From a virus: a stretch of 25,596 nt of DNA. Every line of letters begins with the position of its first letter. The first letter of the stretch is position 1. This document shows, piece after piece, positions 8,424 through 16,242 of this stretch. A program made the translations under genes and the position numbers. Under the pieces are notes generated by a model, which did no database searches, was not told the origin of the DNA, and saw only the letters and a program-made list of their open reading frames with translations. The stretch lies in the IMG/VR virus record IMGVR_UViG_3300025528_000383; one strand, 5' to 3'.

Positions 8424-8454
8424 AAAAAAAATCGTCCCCTCTAATAGGGAACGA
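8424..8454 (-). terminator. Terminator after the Uma2 gene
   Basis: TCGTTCCCT...AGGGGACGA-TTTTTTTT. Confidence 0.7.
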
Positions 8455-8468
8455 ACCTTGGATTCCGT

Positions 8469-9059
8469 TCAGGCCTCATCTTGAAAGATCTTCCTTAAAT
8501 CAATGGTGAGGCCCTTCAAAACACGGACTGGAATCGAATCTTTATGGTTGTACACGTTGTGCAATTCTAACGATCCATTCCTCGGGAGATACACTTCGAC
8601 CAGCCGGTTGGCCGGATCAACGATCCAATACTCCTTCACTCTAGCCCGCCCATAAGCCAGCCGCTTATCCATTCGGTCGATTTTTGCGGTGGCCGGAGAC
8701 AGAATCTCAACGACCAAATCCGGAGCCCCGACAATGCGGTTTTTTTGGATTTTGTTCTTGTCACAAACCACAATTAGATCGGGGCACACCCAATTCCGGA
8801 CTTTTTCATCGATCCATTCATTTTGATAATCCTCGAATAAGTATACATCTATCGGGGCAGCAAACACGCTACAATCCTTTCCTCGAAGATACGAACCGAA
8901 TTCGATCGAAAGTTGGATAGAAATGGATTGATGTTCCGGTGTTGGAGAGGGGGCCATGCTAATGATTTTTCCGTCCAAAACCTCACAACGTTTTCCTTCC
9001 GGCCATGTCGCATACTCTTTGTAGGTCATGGGTGCCTGTTCCTTTTCCGGAATTCCCAT
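8469..9059 (-). CDS. Uma2-family PD-(D/E)XK endonuclease-fold protein
   Basis: EVLDGKIISMAPSP..HQ, PDLIVVCD, GAPDLVVEILSP.T...D...K...Y....V.EYWIVDP motifs. Confidence 0.92.
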   Translation of the reverse strand: MGIPEKEQAPMTYKEYATWPEGKRCEVLDGKIISMAPSPTPEHQSISIQLSIEFGSYLRGKDCSVFAAPIDVYLFEDYQNEWIDEKVRNWVCPDLIVVCDKNKIQKNRIVGAPDLVVEILSPATAKIDRMDKRLAYGRARVKEYWIVDPANRLVEVYLPRNGSLELHNVYNHKDSIPVRVLKGLTIDLRKIFQDEA

Positions 9060-9166
9060 AAATACACACCCTTTCTGTCCTCCTGTTTTTATTATTATAC
9101 ACCATGACTTCGACCCGTTTGATGGCCGGTTTAATGAACTGGGAAACCCTTTACGGGCTTCCCAGT

Positions 9167-10582
9167 TCAGCCGGCATATACCTCCGGGAAGACTTCAACA
9201 AAGTAATGGTTTTTTACTTCCTCCTTCGGGATTTTTTGAGTCTTGCCATATTTTTTGGATAGTTTCTCAATCATCCGAGTATAAACAGTCTCGAACTTAT
9301 GAAAATCCACCCGGCGAATGGTATGCCCCATTCCGTTTTGGATGAGGTCGTCGATGCCTTTGCCATTTTTAATATCCCAAAGGGCCAAGTGAATCTTAAC
9401 CTCCGGAAATTCCTCTCGGATGAGAGCCGCCATGTTCTTAGCATGGTGGAAAACCTGTGGGTTCTCCGCCATGTCGGCGTCATATGCCACATAGATGTGT
9501 TCCAGTGGTGTGCCGGCCTTGAATCTGGCAAACTTCAGCTCCTTATTTATTTCTTTGAAGCTGCCAACACCGGCGACGGACAGACAAACGGCTCCAAAGG
9601 TTTTCGCCACGGCAACCGATTTGAAAAACCCTTCCGTGATGAACATCACGTTTGGATAGCGGTTTTCTGCCGGGTAGGAAACGTGAATCGGAGCCCCTGC
9701 CGCAGTCCCGAAGATGTAGGGGTTGTCGTCGTATGCAGCAAAACTGGATGAAAACCAAGTATACCGCTTCTTCTTTTCCCTTGCCGTGTCCCTACGGATC
9801 TGGATGCCGACGATTTCGCCCCGGGCATTCCGACTGGGTATCCCAATTCCTTTGTACTTGGCGAACGTGTAGCGGTATTCTTGTTCGCCGTTCTCCGGTT
9901 GGGAAGTGTCTAATTCCCAATCCGGACGTGTGTAGAACCCCGGTGTCCGTTTGAACACGTTCGGAGATACCCCGTACTCCCGACACCGATCCAAGAGATC
10001 GTCGAGAAACGCCTGGGTCGGTTCAGGAAAGGTGAAGAGCCCGTAATGTTCGATCTCTTCATCCGAAAGCCCCCGTTTCCGGAGGTAATCCCTATGTTCG
10101 TCCGAAAGGTCTACGCCCTCCAACATTAGCCGGTAGGCGATATCCAAGATGTACGGGATATCGATTTCCGTGAGCCCATTGGCTTTGCCCTGTTTCTTCG
10201 AGGTATCAGGGCTCACCACATGGACATCTATGTCGAAAATCTTCCCGCCGAAGTATTCTTCCGCCTGCTTTTCGCTGATGATTCCCTGATCAACAGCAAT
10301 CTTCAATACCGCAGGCTCGAAACTAATTTTGAATAAATCTTCGACAAACTGGATGCCATCCCCATATGCCCCACATGAGAAGCATTTGTAGATGCCCTTC
10401 CGATCTGAGATTTTGAAGTTTCCGGTCTCTCTGTCCCCGTGGAAAGGGCAGAGTCCATCAGCATCAGTAAAACGGTTCGGTTTCACCAGGATGTATTTCT
10501 CAAGGATCCGAGAAACGGGAAGTTTTTTCACCTCCTCCAGTACCCGAGAAAAAAATTCTCGTTTTCTTCCCTTCACATCCAT
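9167..10582 (-). CDS. CHC2 zinc-finger/TOPRIM (DUF3854-like) DNA primase-like protein, paralog 2
   Basis: CPFHGD...YKCFSCGAYGDGI; GIGIPSRNARGEIVGIQIR; FITEG, AYDAD, KGIDD; start moved to ATG 10582 (RBS AAAGGAGG), 471 aa. Confidence 0.85.
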   Translation of the reverse strand: MDVKGRKREFFSRVLEEVKKLPVSRILEKYILVKPNRFTDADGLCPFHGDRETGNFKISDRKGIYKCFSCGAYGDGIQFVEDLFKISFEPAVLKIAVDQGIISEKQAEEYFGGKIFDIDVHVVSPDTSKKQGKANGLTEIDIPYILDIAYRLMLEGVDLSDEHRDYLRKRGLSDEEIEHYGLFTFPEPTQAFLDDLLDRCREYGVSPNVFKRTPGFYTRPDWELDTSQPENGEQEYRYTFAKYKGIGIPSRNARGEIVGIQIRRDTAREKKKRYTWFSSSFAAYDDNPYIFGTAAGAPIHVSYPAENRYPNVMFITEGFFKSVAVAKTFGAVCLSVAGVGSFKEINKELKFARFKAGTPLEHIYVAYDADMAENPQVFHHAKNMAALIREEFPEVKIHLALWDIKNGKGIDDLIQNGMGHTIRRVDFHKFETVYTRMIEKLSKKYGKTQKIPKEEVKNHYFVEVFPEVYAG

Positions 10583-10651
10583 TCTTGCTCCTCCTTTTTG
10601 AAATAATTGCCCCGACGAGGGCAATGCCTTTCTTTTCCCATACTTCGTGAT

Positions 10652-10681
10652 ATGCTATGGTATCGCCAAAAGGTTCATAAC
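10652..10681 (-). promoter_or_regulatory. SigE-like promoter of primase 2
   Basis: GTTATG-N16-CATAGCAT, 69 nt before the ATG. Confidence 0.65.
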
Positions 10682-10714
10682 AACAGCCGAACTCCGCTTT
10701 CATGCCGTTTGGCA

Positions 10715-10750
10715 TAAAAAAATGAATCCCTTGAACATCAAGGGATTCGT
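10715..10750 (-). terminator. Terminator after ssb
   Basis: GAATCCCTTGA-tgt-TCAAGGGATTC-ATTTTTT. Confidence 0.8.
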
Positions 10751-10759
10751 GGAAAAATC

Positions 10760-11281
10760 TCAGAAGGGAAGATCGTCGTCCGCAATGTCAATCGGGGGCG
10801 ATTCGATTCCGGTTCCGGCTACCTCTTCGGTTCCGGTTCCGTCTCCCTCGCTTGCTCCGTTGTTGACGGGGCCGGAGTCATTCTTGCGGTAGATGACCCT
10901 GAACTTGGAAACAGTCAACGTCAAACGCTTCTGTTTCCCGTTTTTCCCTTCATACTCCTCGATTCCGAGGAACCCTGAAACCGCTACGAGAGAACCCTTC
11001 GGAATGTTGGCATTCGCCAACATCTCCGCCGTCCGTTCCCAGGCTGTCAGTTCTACGAATAGCGTTTCGGCATTTTCGGGGAAGTTCGTTCCGAGCACAT
11101 AATTAATGTGCTTCGAAACATTATTTAGGGCAACCCCCACTTTTGCGACTGCCTTTCCTTTGTTGGTATACCGCAAATCCACATCCCTGGTCGTATTTGC
11201 GATCACAACACCGAAAGGAACCTGATCTTCTCCCACTTTCCGAAAATCGACAAACGAATAAGACTTTCTTTGTTCTGCCAT
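10760..11281 (-). CDS. ssb: Single-stranded DNA-binding protein
   Basis: OB-fold motifs (TRDVDLRYTNKGKAVA, AWERTAE, KGSLVAVSG) and acidic tip DDDLPF; RBS AAAGGAGG. Confidence 0.92.
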   Translation of the reverse strand: MAEQRKSYSFVDFRKVGEDQVPFGVVIANTTRDVDLRYTNKGKAVAKVGVALNNVSKHINYVLGTNFPENAETLFVELTAWERTAEMLANANIPKGSLVAVSGFLGIEEYEGKNGKQKRLTLTVSKFRVIYRKNDSGPVNNGASEGDGTGTEEVAGTGIESPPIDIADDDLPF

Positions 11282-11401
11282 CTTAATCCTCCTTTTTAAA
11301 ATAAATTACCTTGGCACGGGCAATCCCTGTTTTAAACTTTCCCTTTATACTAGATGGACGGAAATGAATTATTCCATTACCGTTACCTTTCCCACGTTCT
11401 C

Positions 11402-11432
11402 ACTCTAACAAATACTATTTCCGATAGTCAAT
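11402..11432 (-). promoter_or_regulatory. Sigma-A promoter of ssb with operator over the -35
   Basis: TTGACT-N18-TAGAGT with extended TG; operator ATTTCCGATAGTCAAT at 11417-11432. Confidence 0.6.
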
Positions 11433-11444
11433 GGTATCCATGTT

Positions 11445-12119
11445 TTAGTGTAGCGTTTTTGTTAATTCATCGTACAGTCCGGCCAATTGGTCGTTTATGT
11501 TGTCAATATCCTTCTTTAGCCGTTCCCGTTCTTTAGGATCCGTCGTCTCCGCCGCTTTGTGGGTCAGTTTGGCCTTTTTTCCTTTCACCTGGAGAATCTC
11601 CAGAGACAGCTTTTGATCGATGTCCTTTTTCCATGAAACGGCTGTAATCACTTCCCCGGTTTTTGTGTCATACATAAGAAGAATTTTCCCGCCTTTCAAC
11701 CCAAAGAGCGAAATGGACAGGTTCCGATTCGTCTCGTATCCCAAGTAGACATCCCGCCACTTAGGATCCAAATCGTCCCGTTCCTCTTTCGGGATTTGGA
11801 TGTTGTATGTGAATGCGGACTCCGGCTTGGTAATCCCGTAGTTCTTAAAAAGAAGCCTGTAGTCTTGATACGTCGTTTGTCTAGGTGTGAAGTATTCTAC
11901 AGCCTCATCAACCGAGAGCGATGCCTGTTCTCTTACGTTTTCTCGGTGTTGGAGGAAGACGTAGACCCCAACCGATAAGGTGAGAAACGCTACGATCATC
12001 AAAGTGACCATCCATTTGATCTTGCGATACCAGGCTCGGTTTTCCTCCTCGGTTTCCGCCTCTTGGATGGCTTTTTTGTCTTCGTCGACTAACGGAGGTT
12101 GTTCCATCCAATCCCTCAT
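11445..12119 (-). CDS. Hypothetical single-pass membrane protein
   Basis: 224 aa, TM helix near residues 36-57, C-terminal coiled coil; RBS AAGGGGGG. Confidence 0.75.
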   Translation of the reverse strand: MRDWMEQPPLVDEDKKAIQEAETEEENRAWYRKIKWMVTLMIVAFLTLSVGVYVFLQHRENVREQASLSVDEAVEYFTPRQTTYQDYRLLFKNYGITKPESAFTYNIQIPKEERDDLDPKWRDVYLGYETNRNLSISLFGLKGGKILLMYDTKTGEVITAVSWKKDIDQKLSLEILQVKGKKAKLTHKAAETTDPKERERLKKDIDNINDQLAGLYDELTKTLH

Positions 12120-12185
12120 ATCAAATCCCCCCTTCGTTCAAGAAGAAAGAGCCGGTAGGTCCGGCCCTTTCCCGTCTTGACCCAT

Positions 12186-13256
12186 TCAGTTGACAAGAAC
12201 CGGCATCGCAAATTCGTCACTCACACCGGTGATGGATTCAAGCCATTTTTGGCTGTGGATGTCAAAAATGTTGAGACGGTTTTTGAAGTGGACATACAGA
12301 TAACCTTTGGAGGCGACGGTGGTATTCTGGTTGTACAAGATCCCGTCTTCCGTCAAAGGGATTTTCACCGGCTGGTTTTCGTTGCGGTTGAGGCGTCCAT
12401 TCTTCATTTTCCACTCGTTGATCAGGTGGTACGGATCGGTCCCATCCACGTATTGGACGGTATAGAAGGTTTTATCCCCCGAATCCGCCGGAATCAGGTT
12501 TGTATCAGCGGACAGATTTCCCTCCAATTCTGTGATCGACAAATCGCTCGGATTCAACGTCAGCAGGATGGAGTTACCAAGCCCACTCCCAAAACGGTTG
12601 TGAATCAAGATTTTGTCCTGAAAACGCGTGATGCAATCGGTCACATCCCCCAGGTCAATAGACGTTTCTTTTTTCGGGCTGAACAAGTGAAGCGTGGTTC
12701 CGGTCGCGTAGTATAGGTGTCCGTCAATAACGGCGTAATCACGGACGGAATCCGGGAGATTGAAGACCTTCGTGCTCCAATTCCCGCCGATTTGGTAATG
12801 GTAGGTGAGCTTCTGCCCTTCCTCTGAAAGGATGGCTACGTTCTTGCCGTCAGTTCGGAAACTTTCAGCCCCTTCCACGGAGATTTTAGCTATGTCGCCA
12901 TTGTTTTTGATTTTACCGTTTTGGAGAGATAGCTGATAAATGCGGGTTCCGTCGTAGGCGTACAAACCGTCATAGGAGGCGTTAGGGGTGTAGAGGTAAT
13001 TCCCGTTTGGGAGGGTAAAAGTCGAGGTCTTTTCCTTGGTCTTCGTGTCAATCACGGCCAGCGTTCCGTCTTCATTCGCCGAAATCACGGATTTGGCAAG
13101 CGTGTTTTTAGACGGTCCAAGTTTGAAAATGTCCCAACCGTCATGCGAAAGGAGAAAGTACAAAGCGATTCCGGCGGCTAAAAACAAGACGATCGACCCG
13201 GCCATGAGCAACTTGGTCCGGTGCTTTTGCAACTTGTATTTTAAATTGCCTGCCAC
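12186..13256 (-). CDS. Membrane-anchored extracellular beta-rich (beta-propeller-like) protein
   Basis: N-terminal TM segment then repeated short beta-strand motifs (LAVID, LYAYDG, LYYATG, LYVHF); GTG start at 13256 after RBS AAAGGAG (track start 13295). Confidence 0.7.
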   Translation of the reverse strand: MAGNLKYKLQKHRTKLLMAGSIVLFLAAGIALYFLLSHDGWDIFKLGPSKNTLAKSVISANEDGTLAVIDTKTKEKTSTFTLPNGNYLYTPNASYDGLYAYDGTRIYQLSLQNGKIKNNGDIAKISVEGAESFRTDGKNVAILSEEGQKLTYHYQIGGNWSTKVFNLPDSVRDYAVIDGHLYYATGTTLHLFSPKKETSIDLGDVTDCITRFQDKILIHNRFGSGLGNSILLTLNPSDLSITELEGNLSADTNLIPADSGDKTFYTVQYVDGTDPYHLINEWKMKNGRLNRNENQPVKIPLTEDGILYNQNTTVASKGYLYVHFKNRLNIFDIHSQKWLESITGVSDEFAMPVLVN

Positions 13257-13296
13257 TTTGGCAACTCTCCTTTCATAAAAAATTGTAGTTGTCATC

Positions 13297-13869
13297 CTAT
13301 GACCGTGGAACGGTTTTCATTCCATCCATCCTTACTCGTTTGGGTTCCCTACGGGCGATTTGCCGTTCGATATATTCCGGATGGCGGTTGTCCGCAAAAT
13401 GATCAGCTACCAGATCCAATCGAACTTTCGCGAACTCGGCCACTTCCTCAAAAAGATCTTCCATACGAACTTCAACCATGTAATATTCCTCGAAGTCGCG
13501 GAAAAAACCCTCCAAGCGGTATTCCATCCACTTTTGGTAAAATTCGTCGCAGTAGGTCTGGTGAAACCGCATGTCTTGTTTCCAAATTTCCCAAAGTTCA
13601 TGGTGCGGGTGTTCACGGAAATAGCGGTCGCCGTGGTGTAGAAAGGCTTCCCTGGCGAACCAGAGCGAAAATGTCCGGATGAACGCCCGGAACGAAGTGG
13701 CACGGGAATCATCAAATTCGATTAGGATGCCTTCGGGGAGCAGATGAAATTCATATTTCCCTTTGTCGAGGTACATCATCGACTGGAGACGGTCGATGTC
13801 GGCACTCCGGTTGATGTTGAGTAACAGTTTATCCAATGGGAACACCTTCTTTCTGTGAAGGATTGACAA
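13297..13869 (-). CDS. Hypothetical protein (190 aa)
   Basis: TTG start with RBS TAGGAG; closely coupled to the next gene. Confidence 0.7.
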   Translation of the reverse strand: MSILHRKKVFPLDKLLLNINRSADIDRLQSMMYLDKGKYEFHLLPEGILIEFDDSRATSFRAFIRTFSLWFAREAFLHHGDRYFREHPHHELWEIWKQDMRFHQTYCDEFYQKWMEYRLEGFFRDFEEYYMVEVRMEDLFEEVAEFAKVRLDLVADHFADNRHPEYIERQIARREPKRVRMDGMKTVPRS

Positions 13870-13980
13870 ATGTCATCTCCTACGGGCTAAAGCTGGTTTT
13901 CTGACTCTTTTATCATAGTTTTATTGTCTGCAAAACTTAACCGAGCATCCATTTTTTTTGGTAGGAAATCGTTCGAGTCA

Positions 13981-14011
13981 ATAAAAGAGACGGCGATATC
14001 CGCCGCCTCCC
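13981..14011 (-). terminator. Terminator after the topoisomerase operon
   Basis: GAGGCGGCG-gatat-CGCCGTCTC-TTTTATT. Confidence 0.7.
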
Positions 14012-14020
14012 GGATTCTGA

Positions 14021-16228
14021 TTAACGAAACCATTTCCCCGCCGAACCCCGCTTCAATTGCGGGATGTCCCAAACGGAAAAGGTCTGGCCGTTTACGGAAA
14101 TTTCCAATCCGCTTCCTTCTTTCACCAGGTACGCTTGTTCCACCGAATCGTCCGCCTTCAGGACAAGACTTTGCACACCCCGTGCGGTTTTTGACTGCAA
14201 TGGGAACACATCCACTTTCATCCGCCCAACATAACCTCGTTTTGTGACAAGAACCAGTTGTTCGTCTCCGTCGGTTTCGGCCACAAGCAGTATCTCGTCC
14301 CCATTCTGCAATCCGGTAGCGGCCATTTTCAGGCGGGTAGAGACAAGTTCGACACCCTTCGTCCGCTTGCAAAGCCCTGAACGGGTGACAAACAGAAATT
14401 CCTTGCCGGAAAGATGGCTTTTCGCCGCCACATACACCGGGTATTCGCTCCGTTCCAACTTCGCTAGGGCGTGAAGGGTTACTCCCTTCTCTTTTTTCTT
14501 CACCTTGGGCACGGCGGAGAGTTTCACCTGGTGGGCATTCCCCCGGTTGGTGAATACCACGAGCCGATCGTCGTCTTTCGTGCGAAAGGCGAATTTGCTA
14601 TCCTCCGGCGGTTCGGCCTGGCCGCCATCCAGCGTACGGCAATAACCGAATCGATCCACCGAAACCCAAACATCTTCCGCCTTCTTCGTCTCCGTATAGC
14701 TGAGACGCTTCATTTCCTTCAAAACGGTCTTCCTCTGGAAGGCGTAGGCGTTTTTCATTTTCAGGTGTTCTTTGTGGATCTCCTTCACAAGCTCTCGATC
14801 GTCTTCGAGAATCTTACGGGCCTTTTCCAATTCCTTTTCCAACTGCTCCCTCTCTTTTTGGAGAGCTTCTACTTCGATTCCACCAAGCCGTTGCAGTTTC
14901 ATATCCAGAATGGCCTTCGCTTGGTGTTCAGTAAATCGGAACCCTTTCGCTATCTTCTCATGCTTTTTCAGGCGGAATGAGATACCGTTCGTGTCCCCGT
15001 TCATGAGGCATCGTTTCATCTGGACGACCGACTTCGATCCCCGGATGGCCTCTATGATGGTGTCAATGACCGACACCGCCGCCATCAAACCGTCCAAAAC
15101 TTCCTTCCTCTCCATCCCCTTTTCGTACAGATAGCGGTACTTCCGCCTTGTCACATCTTTCTGGAAGTCGAGGTACAGCCGGAAATACTCTTTCAACCCG
15201 AGCTGCCTCGGCCGCCCGTCCACGATGGCAAGGAATTGGTAGGTTTCGTTCGCTTCTATTTTCGTCTTGACATAGAGCTTCTCCAAAAATTTCGGAATGT
15301 CCGTCCCCTTCTTCACTTCAAGAACGATGCGGATCCCGTCCTTCGAAGACTCATCTCTCACATCTGTAACCTCGTTTAGTTTCTTCTCTACGACCATTTG
15401 GGCGAGATCAGACACCAGTTTGGCTTTATTCCCAGATAAAGGATAGGGGATTTCCGTAATCACGACGTTGGTTTTGCCGTAAGCGGCGGGTTCAACCTCA
15501 ATTTTTGGACGGATGATCGCCTTTGCCTCACCGGTGCGGTAAAATTCCTGAAATTCCTTTGGGTTGGCGAGAATTCCACCGGTCGGAAAATCCGGTCCTG
15601 GGATGACTTCGAGAAGATCCTCCAGCGAAGCATCCGGTTGGTTTAAAAAAAGTAGAAACGCCTCCATCACTTCGCCGAAATTATGAGGCGGTATGTTCGA
15701 CCGCATGCCGACGGCGATCCCGATTGAGCCATTAACGAGAAGTTGTGGAAACTTGGCGGGAAGCACGACGGGCTCCCGTTCCGTTCCGTCATAGTTATCC
15801 CGGAAATCAACCACATTCTTATCCAGATCGGCCAAAAGCTCTAAGGCAATCGGGGCAAGCCGGGCTTCCGTATACCGCATGGCGGCGGCCGAATCCCCAT
15901 CGATGGAACCAAAATTACCGTGCCCGTCCACAAGTGGAACGTTCAGCCGGAAATCTTGGGCGAGCCGCACCATCGTATCGTAAACCGCCGCATCTCCGTG
16001 CGGGTGATATTTCCCGATGATTTCACCGACGATCCTCGCCGATTTCTTGTAAGGAGTACCTGGCAAAATACCAAGGTTTTTCATAGCATAAAGTACTCTC
16101 CGATGTACAGGTTTGAAGCCATCCCGCACATCCGGAAGAGCCCGGTCCACAATGACGGAGACCGCATAATCCCGGAATGATTTTTTCATTTCCTCTTCAT
16201 ATGTGATAGTTTCGATGCGTTCTTCCAT
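14021..16228 (-). CDS. gyrA: Type IIA DNA topoisomerase subunit A (GyrA/ParC family; no GyrA-box, so topo IV-like)
   Basis: RALPDVRDGFKPVHRR, GKYHPHGD, catalytic AAMRY(119)TE, PGPDFPTGG; short beta-pinwheel CTD. The symbol is family-level; gyrA versus parC is unresolved. Confidence 0.92.
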   Translation of the reverse strand: MEERIETITYEEEMKKSFRDYAVSVIVDRALPDVRDGFKPVHRRVLYAMKNLGILPGTPYKKSARIVGEIIGKYHPHGDAAVYDTMVRLAQDFRLNVPLVDGHGNFGSIDGDSAAAMRYTEARLAPIALELLADLDKNVVDFRDNYDGTEREPVVLPAKFPQLLVNGSIGIAVGMRSNIPPHNFGEVMEAFLLFLNQPDASLEDLLEVIPGPDFPTGGILANPKEFQEFYRTGEAKAIIRPKIEVEPAAYGKTNVVITEIPYPLSGNKAKLVSDLAQMVVEKKLNEVTDVRDESSKDGIRIVLEVKKGTDIPKFLEKLYVKTKIEANETYQFLAIVDGRPRQLGLKEYFRLYLDFQKDVTRRKYRYLYEKGMERKEVLDGLMAAVSVIDTIIEAIRGSKSVVQMKRCLMNGDTNGISFRLKKHEKIAKGFRFTEHQAKAILDMKLQRLGGIEVEALQKEREQLEKELEKARKILEDDRELVKEIHKEHLKMKNAYAFQRKTVLKEMKRLSYTETKKAEDVWVSVDRFGYCRTLDGGQAEPPEDSKFAFRTKDDDRLVVFTNRGNAHQVKLSAVPKVKKKEKGVTLHALAKLERSEYPVYVAAKSHLSGKEFLFVTRSGLCKRTKGVELVSTRLKMAATGLQNGDEILLVAETDGDEQLVLVTKRGYVGRMKVDVFPLQSKTARGVQSLVLKADDSVEQAYLVKEGSGLEISVNGQTFSVWDIPQLKRGSAGKWFR

Positions 16229-16242
16229 CGCTTACACCTTCC

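Noticed and set aside
16082-16089. Sixth CATAGCAT octamer
   Set aside because: Inside and antisense to the topoisomerase A gene (YAM codons) with no matching -35 (CTGGCA); consistent with chance.
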